DNA of 64,000 nt from a virus (IMGVR_UViG_3300037349_000099:2076-66075); one strand, 5' to 3'; positions 1-9,075 are shown, counted from the first letter of the stretch. Numbers and translations are program-made. Notes: a model not told the origin generated them from the letters alone.

Positions 1-427
1 CCTTGATGCGGTCGCCCAGCGCGATGGCTTCGGCGGAGTGGAAATCCCACCTGTCCGGATCTTGCCAGCCCTCTTTGTCTTTCCAGTCCGGCCCGTGTAT
101 CGGCATACCGCGCAGGACTGTCGAGAACTCGTCGTCGAACTCCGCCTGGTCGAGATACGCTTTCAGGTGCGCCACGGACGGGAAGGCTGCTACCTCGCCC
201 TCGGCGCGCTCAAATGCCCCAATCAACCTTTCCGTCGAGTACGATTGCAGGTTTTGCGCCCAAATCTCCAGGGTTGCCGGGCTTAGGGCCTTGCCGGTCG
301 CCACCCCGAGGCGCGTGGTCGCCCGCTTGATCTGGGCCGTCTTCGATTCCCTCGTTGCGAAGAGCTGCGCGTAGGTGAGCATTTGCTTGCTCATCGATGC
401 TGGGCTTAACTCCATTTCCGTTGACAT
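1..427 (-). CDS. Putative helicase loader/inhibitor-like replication protein (3' end runs off window; not in ORF track)
   Basis: AGGAGG-N8-ATG at 427, open to position 1: MSTEMELSPASMSKQ...LEIWAQNLQSYSTERLIGAFERAEGEVAAFPSVAHLKAYL. The W..L....FPS.A pattern is typical of genes following phage initiators. Confidence 0.65.
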   Translation of the reverse strand, partial: MSTEMELSPASMSKQMLTYAQLFATRESKTAQIKRATTRLGVATGKALSPATLEIWAQNLQSYSTERLIGAFERAEGEVAAFPSVAHLKAYLDQAEFDDEFSTVLRGMPIHGPDWKDKEGWQDPDRWDFHSAEAIALGDRIK

Positions 428-1187
428 GGTTCTTTCCTCCTGTTTGCATGAATTTTCGATCTTTGAACCAAAACACATTCACAAGCTCGCCGCGGTCGAT
501 TGCGGCCTTAGCCCACACGGTCAGTTGCTTAGTCGCTTCCTGGATGTCGCAGTGTGCGTCCCGAGCAGCGTACCGGATCACCCCTGCGACCAGCTCGACA
601 TCTCGGAAGGTGGCAACCATGCCAATCTCTTCGAGCAGGTAGGTCGCCGCCATGAGTTCACCCTCGGCCCCGACGGATGGCTTACCACCCTTCACGCTGG
701 ATGGAGGTGGCGGGGGAGGGGGGGGCGGGTCGGGGATTTTTTCTCCCCCTTTTTCTCCTTCTCCATCTCCTTCTGTATGTGTTCTCCTTCTCCCTCTCCC
801 TCTAGGAGGTACATTCTCCTGAGGTTGTCTGGACTTTTTAGAGTATTCGTCTCTATATTTCAACAAGTTACGATTTGTCACTCGTATTTCATCACCCTCT
901 CGCTCCACGGTCACTAGGCTGTCACTACCCGGTCGCTCCCCTGTCACTGCCAATCTCGACAGGGCTGAGAATACGAGTGACCCACGAGTGAACAGCAAGC
1001 GAGACCATGTTGAGACCGGGTAGCAGACCGAACAATTATTGTCAGAATTACCCATCTGGCGGGCGATGATTTCGTTCACGCGCCAGTAGAGTCCGTAACG
1101 CGCCAAGCCTTCTATGCCGCCGGGACTGACGAGCCTGGCAATCTTCTCGTCGTCGACCGTCTCTGTCATATGCTTAATCCATTTCAT
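210..1187 (-). CDS. Putative phage replication initiator
   Basis: MKWIKHMT...DEKIARL...GLARYGLYW N-terminus, acidic/Pro-rich linker and helical C-domain. ATGA overlap with upstream gene. Confidence 0.6.
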   Translation of the reverse strand: MKWIKHMTETVDDEKIARLVSPGGIEGLARYGLYWRVNEIIARQMGNSDNNCSVCYPVSTWSRLLFTRGSLVFSALSRLAVTGERPGSDSLVTVEREGDEIRVTNRNLLKYRDEYSKKSRQPQENVPPRGRGRRRTHTEGDGEGEKGGEKIPDPPPPPPPPPSSVKGGKPSVGAEGELMAATYLLEEIGMVATFRDVELVAGVIRYAARDAHCDIQEATKQLTVWAKAAIDRGELVNVFWFKDRKFMQTGGKNHVNGNGVKPSIDEQANAHLRAALRNEGIEDGPDQAGDHAPRGGDRQGPKPGNPGDLGAKPAIVLDGKVDWGI

Positions 1188-1957
1188 GTGAAGCACCCAC
1201 CAGTGCAGCCGCGATCTGAGAACATCGTGTGTTGGAGATCGAAGTCAACCGTGTCCAGTGGCTTGCATGATGGATGCAGCCAAAAGTGCGGGTCGCCCTC
1301 GCGCAACTCCCGCTCCACCTGGCAGGCTTTGGCGAAGTCCTCGGGCCAGTCCTGCTTCATTTCCCGCCACTCGTTGTCGGCAAGGTTCGGACACATCCAG
1401 CAGGCGGAGTGGGGTATTGGACCCATCCAGCCGGTTGACCGGATAAGTTCGACACAATCCATCCGGCTCATGCGAACTTCAAACACGAGCGGGTAGCGAA
1501 GACTAAGCCAGTTGCGATGCTGGTTCCGAACGCGGCGCAACTCGTCCACGCTGATGCCCAGCCAATTCACCGCCGTCTGGATGCCAAGTGAGCGGAAATA
1601 TCGCTCGGCGACATCCCGCTTCCACTTGCCGGAGCAGAACCCGCTTAATTTGCCCATCTCACCACTCTGCGAAGTGAACCCAGGCAGCAGTATGGTCCCG
1701 TTGGCGCTCTTTAACCCTGCGTAGTCTTCCGAGACGAACGAGGCTACCGGAACGACAACCAACTCGCAGCCGACTTTAGCTATGTGAGGACGGATGAAGT
1801 TATCGACGAAGGGCCATGTGGAGGATTTCTCCCGGCCAGTGTCGGTCATAAAGCATAAGTCAGGCTTCGGGAGCTTACCCTGCCCGATTAGCACAGCGAT
1901 GGCGCCGCTTTGTGTGCCGCCGCCGCAGGACCAGATTTCCGTTCCGATGAGTTTCAC
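1184..1957 (-). CDS. PAPS-reductase-like (PP-loop adenine nucleotide alpha-hydrolase) phage protein
   Basis: SCGGGTQS PP-loop-like motif, DTGRE, GISVDE, YPL, SACWMCP, C-terminal GC-GGCF. GTG start after GAGGGGG. Confidence 0.75.
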   Translation of the reverse strand: MKLIGTEIWSCGGGTQSGAIAVLIGQGKLPKPDLCFMTDTGREKSSTWPFVDNFIRPHIAKVGCELVVVPVASFVSEDYAGLKSANGTILLPGFTSQSGEMGKLSGFCSGKWKRDVAERYFRSLGIQTAVNWLGISVDELRRVRNQHRNWLSLRYPLVFEVRMSRMDCVELIRSTGWMGPIPHSACWMCPNLADNEWREMKQDWPEDFAKACQVERELREGDPHFWLHPSCKPLDTVDFDLQHTMFSDRGCTGGCFT

Positions 1958-2083
1958 TTTCCCCCTCAAGGTGAGGCTGGCGGGGGATGCTTGAGGACAT
2001 CCCCCAGCCACTTCCGGACCCAAGCCGTCGCCCAGGTCACCACAGTCATCGTCGAGCGCCGCCCGTCTCCGACCGCTTCCCAC

Positions 2084-2111
2084 TTTATACCACATCGCCA
2101 AAAGTGTGCAA
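2084..2111 (-). promoter_or_regulatory. Leftward sigma70-like promoter
   Basis: TTGCAC-16-TATAAA with extended -10 TG, in the AT-rich divergent intergenic region. Confidence 0.55.
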
Positions 2112-2142
2112 CATTGCTCAAATATCCTTTTTGCTTTTCATG

Positions 2143-2172
2143 TTGCGCTTTGTAATCAACTACGCTTATAGT
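2143..2172 (+). promoter_or_regulatory. Rightward sigma70-like early promoter
   Basis: TTGCGC-18-TATAGT upstream of GGAGG RBS and ATG 2198. Confidence 0.45.
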
Positions 2173-2197
2173 GAAGTCGTACCACCGGAGGACCGAA

Positions 2198-2446
2198 ATG
2201 CGTAAGACCCCGCCCAAGCCACCAGAAACCACCAACACCGCAGAGTCTGCAGCCGACGCCACCAGACGCCTCGCCACGGAACTCATCTCCGCACAAGCGC
2301 AAATCAAAGCCATGATTGAGTCACAAGACGACTACACCGAAGAGATTGACGATCTTCGTGGCATAGTTACGCGCGAGTACCACTATCACCGCCTGCGTGC
2401 CGAGGAATTGAAGCGCGAACTCAATAACTCAGGCATCACAGTTTAA
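2198..2446 (+). CDS. Hypothetical coiled-coil protein
   Basis: GGAGG RBS; first gene of the rightward operon. Confidence 0.7.
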   Translation: MRKTPPKPPETTNTAESAADATRRLATELISAQAQIKAMIESQDDYTEEIDDLRGIVTREYHYHRLRAEELKRELNNSGITV

Positions 2447-2472
2447 CCAGCTTCCCGTCTCGCCGCGGGGAG

Positions 2473-2542
2473 ATGTGCGGGTGTCTACAGGTTGAAGCCT
2501 GGACGCAGATTGAGCCGCTCAGGGCTCGGCCCGCACATTCAC
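2473..2542 (+). ncRNA. Structured intergenic RNA element A (closing stem plus two hairpins)
   Basis: ATGTGCGGG/CCCGCACAT stem enclosing CAGG-CCTG and GAGCC-GGCTC hairpins. Shares motifs with 4318-4412. Confidence 0.4.
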
Positions 2543-2563
2543 ATTTCACCAGGACACACCACA

Positions 2564-2941
2564 ATGCCCAGACCGAGAGACCCAGTGGACGAGGAAGCAG
2601 TCAGACAGTGCCACGCAGCCGGCGTCGGCATCAACGCGATTATGAAGCAGTACAAGCTCGGTTCCGAGCGTGTCCGCGAAATCTGCGGCATCGCGGCGCC
2701 GGAGCCCGTCGAGGGCGACACTACCCCCGAAGCATGGGAGATCACGATCGAAGTGCCAGCCTTGAAACTCGCCGCGGTGATTATGACGATGGATGGCGAG
2801 GAGGCTATCGCCTTTCTCCTGAGCAGCCCACCGAACACTCAGGCCGATGCGGTTGCGTTCTCTTTCCAGCGGCGCATGGACGCCGTGCCCAATGATGGAC
2901 ACATCGAGGAGGTTGAACCCAATGTCCCGACCGAGACTTAA
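2564..2941 (+). CDS. Putative HTH DNA-binding protein
   Basis: MPRPRDP.DEEAVRQCHAAGVGINAIMKQYKLGSERVREI resembles an HTH. Confidence 0.55.
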   Translation: MPRPRDPVDEEAVRQCHAAGVGINAIMKQYKLGSERVREICGIAAPEPVEGDTTPEAWEITIEVPALKLAAVIMTMDGEEAIAFLLSSPPNTQADAVAFSFQRRMDAVPNDGHIEEVEPNVPTET

Positions 2942-3095
2942 AACTCCGACCGTCTCTCAGAGCGTGCGCATCCCGATCACCACGCGGGCCGAGTTGGAGA
3001 CTGAAGCCTTCAAGCGCAAGATGGATGTTGGGAGCCTGGTGCGCGAGATCCTCGAAGAGAGGTACAAGAAGGCTGTCCAACTCAATTCATTGTAG
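2922..3095 (+). CDS. Ribbon-helix-helix (CopG/Arc-like) regulator
   Basis: SQSVRIP beta strand plus two helices (GSLVREILEE); GAGGAGG RBS. Confidence 0.65.
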   Translation: MSRPRLKTPTVSQSVRIPITTRAELETEAFKRKMDVGSLVREILEERYKKAVQLNSL

Positions 3096-3141
3096 TTACA
3101 CACAATAACCGGGAACATCGAAACACGGAGGAATCACCGCA

Positions 3142-4305
3142 ATGGGAAACGAACTGGCAATCAACCCCAAAACAATCTATGCCGAGATCCAGAAATTCAA
3201 GCCCGAGATTGAGCGGGCACTACCTCGGCACATGACTCCTGACCGGATGGCGCGCATTGCGCTCACTCAACTCCGGGTAAACCCCAAACTGTTTGACTGC
3301 TCCTTCGAGTCCTTCATGGGTTCGATCATGGCCGCCGCGCAGCTTGGCCTTGAGCCAGGCGTCAACGGCCAGTGCTACCTGGTGCCCTATGCTGGCGTAT
3401 GCACATTGGTACCGGGCTGGAAAGGCCTGATGGACTTGGTGTCGCGCGCGGGCCGGTCTTCGGCATGGACTGGCGTGGTAAGGCCGGGAGACTTTTTCGA
3501 GTACCGTCTTGGGTCCAATCCCAAGTTGGAGCATGAGCCGGGCGACGACGACGAAGGAAACTTCACCCACATCTACGCAGTTGGCTGGGTCAAGGAAGCG
3601 CAGTGGCCGATCATCGAAGTCTGGAGCCGGTCAAAAGTCGAGAAGCACCTGCGGCAGTACAACAAGGTCGGCGACCGGCACTACGCTAAGCAGAACGAGA
3701 ACAACCTCGAGATGTACGGCCGCAAGGTGGCGCTGCTCCAGGTCATCAAGTACCTGCCGTCGTCTGTGGAGTTGCGCGACGCGGCGGAGTTGGACAATTC
3801 AGCAGGTGAGGGTAAGCAGAACTTGACGATCGATATGGCGCTCGGCGGCGACCTGGCTGGCGGTGGTCCATCTCCAGACTGGGCCGAGGCCGAGGGGATC
3901 ATGCAGAAACTGAACTGGGACGATTCCAAGCGCAATATGTTTCGGCAGAACTACACCGGGAAGATCACTGACGGTCTGGCCTACCTCAAGAGTGAGCAGC
4001 AGCGGGCCAGCCGGGGGACGCAGGGGCAGCCGGCGACCGAGAAGGCTCCCGCGCCAGCAGCCGCCAGCGCGCCGCCCCAGGGCCAGCAGGAACAGCCGGC
4101 ACAGCAGCAGGCGACCACGCGCAGGCGCGGAGGGAACCGGCAGCAGGAAGCGCCACCGGCAAACCCTACTCCAGAGCAGGTCGCCGACCATCTGGCAACA
4201 AACCCCGAGAACCAACAATCCTCCACGGAAGAAACAAGCGCGACTACTGGCCCTATTGACGGGCTGTTCTCTAAGGAAGAACCAAAAGGCAAGGACTGGT
4301 TTTAA
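3142..4305 (+). CDS. recT: RecT-family ssDNA annealing protein
   Basis: IERALPRHMTPDRMARIALT, CS.ESFMGSIMAAAQLGLEP..GQCYLVPY, GWKGLMDL; low-complexity tail ending DWF. Confidence 0.93.
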   Translation: MGNELAINPKTIYAEIQKFKPEIERALPRHMTPDRMARIALTQLRVNPKLFDCSFESFMGSIMAAAQLGLEPGVNGQCYLVPYAGVCTLVPGWKGLMDLVSRAGRSSAWTGVVRPGDFFEYRLGSNPKLEHEPGDDDEGNFTHIYAVGWVKEAQWPIIEVWSRSKVEKHLRQYNKVGDRHYAKQNENNLEMYGRKVALLQVIKYLPSSVELRDAAELDNSAGEGKQNLTIDMALGGDLAGGGPSPDWAEAEGIMQKLNWDDSKRNMFRQNYTGKITDGLAYLKSEQQRASRGTQGQPATEKAPAPAAASAPPQGQQEQPAQQQATTRRRGGNRQQEAPPANPTPEQVADHLATNPENQQSSTEETSATTGPIDGLFSKEEPKGKDWF

Positions 4306-4317
4306 GCAAGACGGCAG

Positions 4318-4412
4318 ATGTTTTGCCGAGCCCGCTGTTCCGGTAATTATGTGCTCCATGTGGCGTGGACGCAGTTACGGGGCGCGCGCAGCGGGCTCGG
4401 CAGCACATTCAC
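4318..4412 (+). ncRNA. Structured intergenic RNA element B (20-bp closing stem)
   Basis: 4318-4337 pairs with 4389-4408 (one mismatch, one G-U) around an internal hairpin containing TGGACGCAG. Confidence 0.45.
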
Positions 4413-4427
4413 CACGGAGGCAACACC

Positions 4428-4856
4428 ATGGCAGACAATCCCACTTTCCAGATTCCACGAGATGTAATCGAGCCGATCCTACAGGCTCACGTTTCAGCCG
4501 CAGTCGCCCAAGCCTTCGGCGCACAGAATTTCTTGATCGAAAAGTTCATCAATGAAATAGTGACCCGCCGCGTGAAGGAGGACGGCAACCCCCCTTCCTA
4601 TAGTTCCGACAAGACGGTTCCTTGGCTTGATTGGGCGGTTGGCAGTGTCATCACCAAGGTGATCAAGGAGCAGATTACCGCCGAGGTCGAGAAGCACAAG
4701 GAAGAAATGTCCATGCTCATCTGCAAGGAACTCCAGAAGAAAAACTCGCCACTCATCAAACAGCTTGCGCTGGGCATGGTGGGAGCCTTTGCGAACCAGG
4801 AGACCCTCAAGTATCGCTTTGAAGTTAAGGTCGCTGGGATCGAAGCGAGATATTAG
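4428..4856 (+). CDS. Hypothetical protein
   Basis: GGAGG RBS, ATG 4428. Confidence 0.75.
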   Translation: MADNPTFQIPRDVIEPILQAHVSAAVAQAFGAQNFLIEKFINEIVTRRVKEDGNPPSYSSDKTVPWLDWAVGSVITKVIKEQITAEVEKHKEEMSMLICKELQKKNSPLIKQLALGMVGAFANQETLKYRFEVKVAGIEARY

Positions 4857-4945
4857 TTTAACCAGTTTGGCGGTGCCCTCCGTCGCCGCCAAAGACCCCT
4901 GCCGCCGTTCAAGCTACGACAGAAATCGCAAAGCGAAAGTAAGTC

Positions 4946-5167
4946 GTGAAAGCGGGAAGCGGCAGGGGATTCAAGATTCGGGAGGACGCTTTGATTCAAT
5001 GCCCCTCATGTCACGGACTCGGCCTGTTGAAGAGGAGTGGTCCTCACACCTACATGCCAACGGTCAACGTGATCTACACGCGGCGCTGCATCAACTGTGG
5101 TGGCACGGGGAAGGTTCCCGACACCGCGATCGACAACAAGCAACGAGCAGCAGGAGACACCGAATGA
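4946..5167 (+). CDS. Small DnaJ-type zinc finger protein
   Basis: Two CxxCxGxG motifs (CPSCHGLG, CINCGGTG); stop overlaps next ATG. Confidence 0.6.
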   Translation: MKAGSGRGFKIREDALIQCPSCHGLGLLKRSGPHTYMPTVNVIYTRRCINCGGTGKVPDTAIDNKQRAAGDTE

Positions 5168-6438
5168 CGCAACTCGTAAAGATTCGCCCCGCCCCGCCCT
5201 TATCGCAGTCCCTGGTGAAAACCTTGGGCTGCCCAAGGAGCTACAAGGCTATCGTGATCGATGGCCTCAAGCCTCCCCCGTCCGGCCCCAGCGACCGCGG
5301 CACAGAGGTCCACGAGGTCGCCGCCGCATATACCGACCACTGCGTAGCCAACAAGGTTCCCGGCGACTGGACCGCCTTCGACCGCATCGCCGCATTGGTT
5401 GGCGCCGAGGCCTTCGCCATCCTCGAAGGTGTCCGAGACAACTACGTTGTGGACTTCGAGCACGTTGTCGGCACGGAGATTTGGTTCTGCCTGAATGAAG
5501 ACTTTCGACCCATGCAGATCCCGAGGGAGTCCGACAACTGGACCCGCGAGCAGAAGGAAACTTGGGCGGCGAACCACGGAATCGCTTATCAGGGAACCAT
5601 CGACATTGGTCTGCTGGATGGCAACGCAGGATTCATCGACGATTGGAAGTCTTCGATCAGGCCATTCGACGCGCCAGACGAGCAGAGCGATGAGTACGCC
5701 GTCGCCTGGTTCATGCTCAACCCGTTCATTGAATCTGTCACCTTCCGGTTCCGCTTCGTCCGGTACCGCAACTGCGAGCGCACCGCCGAATACACCCGCG
5801 CGGATCTTCCACGGCTGATGTCAGCATTGGAGCACTGGCGCGCCAAGCAATTGGCCATCCACGAGCACCCCGAGCGCGCCGAGGCGATCCCGTCCAAGCA
5901 ATGCCTCTACTGCCCGCTACTGAATCAAGGTTGCCCCATTGACCCCGCCGTGAACCCCTACGCCGGCCGTGATCCGCTCCAGTGGACTAAGAGGCTCGTG
6001 TACCTCACCCGCGCGATGAAGCAGGCCAAGGAGATTCTCAAGGAGGCTCTTGAGGCGACTGGCGAGCCCATCGAGTATGTTGATGGCACAGGCGAGCGGT
6101 ACTTCTTCGGCAAGAAGGCGACCGAGAGCGAAGTCTTTCCGCTGTTTGAAATGGACGCCAACCGCAAGGTGGTGATTCGTGACGACCAGGGGCAACCGAG
6201 GATGCCGATTGTCGATGCTCTCGCAGACTGGTTCGGCGTGGCTCCCGACGATGCCCCTCTCTTCAAGGGAATCAACATCTCCAGCACTGGCCTGAAAGCA
6301 CCGTTGAAGGCTGGCAAGCGCGCCATCATCCACCAGGCCGTCATGGATAACACGCGGAAGGTCACGAAGGTGAAGCTGGCACTGCACCAGCCGGACGACG
6401 ACCCTGACGATGAGCAAAGGGAACGGGAAGGCGAATAA
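5164..6438 (+). CDS. PD-(D/E)XK RecB/Cas4-like exonuclease
   Basis: LSQS..CPR, RGTEVHE, GTID...IDDWKS, C-terminal C..CP....CP; near recT. Confidence 0.85.
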   Translation: MTQLVKIRPAPPLSQSLVKTLGCPRSYKAIVIDGLKPPPSGPSDRGTEVHEVAAAYTDHCVANKVPGDWTAFDRIAALVGAEAFAILEGVRDNYVVDFEHVVGTEIWFCLNEDFRPMQIPRESDNWTREQKETWAANHGIAYQGTIDIGLLDGNAGFIDDWKSSIRPFDAPDEQSDEYAVAWFMLNPFIESVTFRFRFVRYRNCERTAEYTRADLPRLMSALEHWRAKQLAIHEHPERAEAIPSKQCLYCPLLNQGCPIDPAVNPYAGRDPLQWTKRLVYLTRAMKQAKEILKEALEATGEPIEYVDGTGERYFFGKKATESEVFPLFEMDANRKVVIRDDQGQPRMPIVDALADWFGVAPDDAPLFKGINISSTGLKAPLKAGKRAIIHQAVMDNTRKVTKVKLALHQPDDDPDDEQREREGE

Positions 6439-6517
6439 ATTGCGGAAGTCTTGCTACAATGGGGGAGCCGGATGTTTCCGCACCCGGCTCATTCACAGCC
6501 GCCATAGGAGGGCAGCC

Positions 6518-7033
6518 ATGACACCCCACGAGCCAAATTATCGCACGATTCCGTTGACACGCGGCATGTGCGCCGTAGTGGACGCTAAAAACTTTGAAGA
6601 TCTCAATAAATGGAAGTGGTTCGCGCTAAAGGCCGTAAAGCGCGGGCGTGTCCATTTCTACGCCGCGCGCAGTACCTGCCACGCAATAAATGGGCCTGGC
6701 ACGGTGTTGATGCATCGTCACATTCTAGGGCTCCAGAAAGGTGATCGGCGGCAAGGTGACCATAGGGAACCCGCATTGACCCTCGTTAACGTCGAGGGAA
6801 ATCTACGAATCGCTACGTCCTCTCAAAATGCAGCTAACTCTGGGGTGCGCAAGAGCAACCTATGTGGGATCAAGGGCGTAGGTTTCTATAAGCCGACTGG
6901 TAAATGGAGAGCGATGATCGCCCCACAGGGGAAGGGTATAAATCTGGGATACTTTGCTACTCCCGAACTTGCTCAGGAGGCTTACCGCAAGGCAGCAGAG
7001 AAGTATTTTGGCGAATTTTCACGCACCAAATAA
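6518..7033 (+). CDS. HNH endonuclease with C-terminal AP2 domain
   Basis: IPLTRG..AVVD, MHRHILG...DH...NLRIAT..QN, KGV...GKWRA.I....LGYF.T.E.A..AY..AA..YFGEF. Confidence 0.92.
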   Translation: MTPHEPNYRTIPLTRGMCAVVDAKNFEDLNKWKWFALKAVKRGRVHFYAARSTCHAINGPGTVLMHRHILGLQKGDRRQGDHREPALTLVNVEGNLRIATSSQNAANSGVRKSNLCGIKGVGFYKPTGKWRAMIAPQGKGINLGYFATPELAQEAYRKAAEKYFGEFSRTK

Positions 7034-7042
7034 AGGAGAATC

Positions 7043-7738
7043 ATGGGAAAGCAAGCAAGGAAGTTAAGTGATTTCTTTGGAGCTCGCCGCCGTTCAGCAA
7101 CCTTGCTGTCGTCGCAGCTCCTTCGCAGCAAAGGGAAAGAGCGCCGGATGAAACTCTCCGTCACTATGCCCCTGAGCAACACCGATGTTCTGGGCATCCC
7201 TATCCAGTTTCAGAACCAGCTCAACGTGATGGAAAAGCAGGACGCGGCAACCAACCGGGCCAGCATCGACGTGGAGTTTGACTCGATGGGCGTCCGTATC
7301 TTCTCAACCGCCGCTAACGTCGAGCCCGTCGTTTCCATCAATGGCGCACTGCTCCACAAGTTTGCGATGGTGGCCGATGGGGTTGGCGACAAGCGCGCTG
7401 TGTCGCTGGACTTCCTGATCTACTTGCCGGCGACTCCCGAACTCCGCGCGTGGGAGTGGGATACGATTCATTCCGAATTCTTCCTCGAAGCCGTCAAGGC
7501 GCAAGGCTCTCTGGACCTGAGCGGAGAGGCGGAAGATGAGGACAATGACGAGGAGAGCAACGGACCTGTGCTGACCCAGCCGCCGCCAGGCAAGCGCGTG
7601 GTTGTCGTGCCGCCTGCGGCCAAGAGCGGACCAAAGCAGTTGGCGGGGTTCCACGCCAGCGAGGGCCAGCCGGAGAAGCACGCGCACATCGAGCCGCCAG
7701 CGACGACCAGGCGCAAGCCGGGCAGCAGGTTCAACTAG
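7043..7738 (+). CDS. Hypothetical protein
   Basis: AAGGAG RBS; 231 aa with acidic/Pro-rich tail. Confidence 0.75.
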   Translation: MGKQARKLSDFFGARRRSATLLSSQLLRSKGKERRMKLSVTMPLSNTDVLGIPIQFQNQLNVMEKQDAATNRASIDVEFDSMGVRIFSTAANVEPVVSINGALLHKFAMVADGVGDKRAVSLDFLIYLPATPELRAWEWDTIHSEFFLEAVKAQGSLDLSGEAEDEDNDEESNGPVLTQPPPGKRVVVVPPAAKSGPKQLAGFHASEGQPEKHAHIEPPATTRRKPGSRFN

Positions 7739-7741
7739 GCC

Positions 7742-7969
7742 ATGCCGCTACGCGGGAAGTCGCCAGCCAAAGTCGGGTACTTCACCGGGCCGCTTCCCGT
7801 GCTCAACATACGCTGCGAGTGGTGCAAGAACTTATTCCCATGGTGTCCGGGGACAATCCTTGAAATGAGGGCTATGAAGAGGACGTGCTCGAATCAATGC
7901 AAAGCCCGATTGCATAGCTGGAAGAGGCAGAGGAGTTGGAATGATCTACGAAAACCACGAGCAGATTGA
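7742..7969 (+). CDS. Small Cys-rich protein
   Basis: CEWC...TCSNQC zinc-finger-like pattern; operon position. Confidence 0.55.
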   Translation: MPLRGKSPAKVGYFTGPLPVLNIRCEWCKNLFPWCPGTILEMRAMKRTCSNQCKARLHSWKRQRSWNDLRKPRAD

Positions 7970-8291
7970 CGAAGACTTCAAGGTCTCCGTTCAAATCGTC
8001 CACCCATTCACCGCCTACCCGACGTGCCCCAAGTGCAATGGGAGCCTCGGGGCGCACGTCCCAATCCTGCGCCGCATCATGGCCGCATGGGGCCGCGCTG
8101 CGCAGGGACTGGCGTATTGCAGGGGCAGCCAGAACTCTCAGGTGCATGTGCCCACCATGAATCTCCTGAACGGTCAGATGGGCGTCTCGCCGGTCAACGT
8201 GCCGTGCTTCGGCATCTTCGAGGAGCACCTGCACGTCACCTGCGCGAAGTGCCAGTTCCAATGGCTGATGAACTGTAAAGGAGGGAAGTAG
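7941..8291 (+). CDS. Zinc-ribbon hypothetical protein
   Basis: CPKC, YC...C...EHLHVTCAKC; AGGAG RBS. Confidence 0.7.
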   Translation: MIYENHEQIDEDFKVSVQIVHPFTAYPTCPKCNGSLGAHVPILRRIMAAWGRAAQGLAYCRGSQNSQVHVPTMNLLNGQMGVSPVNVPCFGIFEEHLHVTCAKCQFQWLMNCKGGK

Positions 8292-8293
8292 CG

Positions 8294-8905
8294 ATGCTGA
8301 CAAGATTTCCGCTCTGCTGGCCGGATGGTTGGCGCAGGACTCCCACCCATCAACAAAGGGATGCGCGATTCAAGCGCGATAAGCGATGGCTGACAATCTC
8401 CGATGGCGTTGGCCGCGTGATGACGGAATTGGAGAAGATGAACATTAGCTACCAAGACGTCATCATCTCCACCAACGTCCGCACTCGGCTGGACGGTCTA
8501 CCGCGCTCTGGTGAACCTGAACCATCAGACAAGGGCGTCGCCGTCTACTGGCGCAAGGGCCGCGATGGGCAGATGCAGTGCATGGCCATCGACATCTACA
8601 CGCTTGTTGCGGACAACCTTGGGGCCGTTGCGGCCACACTGGAGGCCATGCGGGCCATCGAGCGCCACGGCGGAGCCCAGGTGCAGGAGCGGACATTCCG
8701 GGGCTTTGCTGCCCTGCCGGAGAAGACCGGCCGCCACTGGACCGAGATTTTAGGCACCACCGAAAACGCCAACCGCCAACATATCGAGGACCAGTATCGG
8801 ATGCTGGCGAAGAAAGCGCACCCGGACACTCCAACCGGCAGCCATGAAGCCATGGCCGAACTCAACCGCGCCCGCGAGGAAGCACTGAAAGAAGTCTCAG
8901 GTTGA
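8294..8905 (+). CDS. Phage protein with C-terminal DnaJ J-domain
   Basis: FPLCWPDGW N-terminus, GFAALP, W.EILG...YR.LAKKAHPD...M.ELN.A.EEA. Confidence 0.88.
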   Translation: MLTRFPLCWPDGWRRTPTHQQRDARFKRDKRWLTISDGVGRVMTELEKMNISYQDVIISTNVRTRLDGLPRSGEPEPSDKGVAVYWRKGRDGQMQCMAIDIYTLVADNLGAVAATLEAMRAIERHGGAQVQERTFRGFAALPEKTGRHWTEILGTTENANRQHIEDQYRMLAKKAHPDTPTGSHEAMAELNRAREEALKEVSG

Positions 8906-9075
8906 TCTGCCCATACTGCCATGAACCGATGGCCCGGTCGGACGCGGCGCATATACTGCGTTGCCGGATCGAATACGAACAGAAACTCAACATGAACCAA
9001 ACGGAGGAAACACCACAATGCGAATCACGAAAGCCCACATTGAAAACATCCGGTCCCACAAGGACACAACCATAG
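8902..9075 (+). CDS. Small zinc-finger ORF (57 aa, not in ORF track)
   Basis: TTG start overlapping the upstream stop; ICPYC...HILRC. Confidence 0.4.
   Translation: MICPYCHEPMARSDAAHILRCRIEYEQKLNMNQTEETPQCESRKPTLKTSGPTRTQP

Noticed and set aside
700-810. Purine/pyrimidine-skewed tract as replication origin iterons
   Set aside because: Plausible by position inside the initiator, but explained by the Glu/Gly/Pro linker; no clear iteron repeats.
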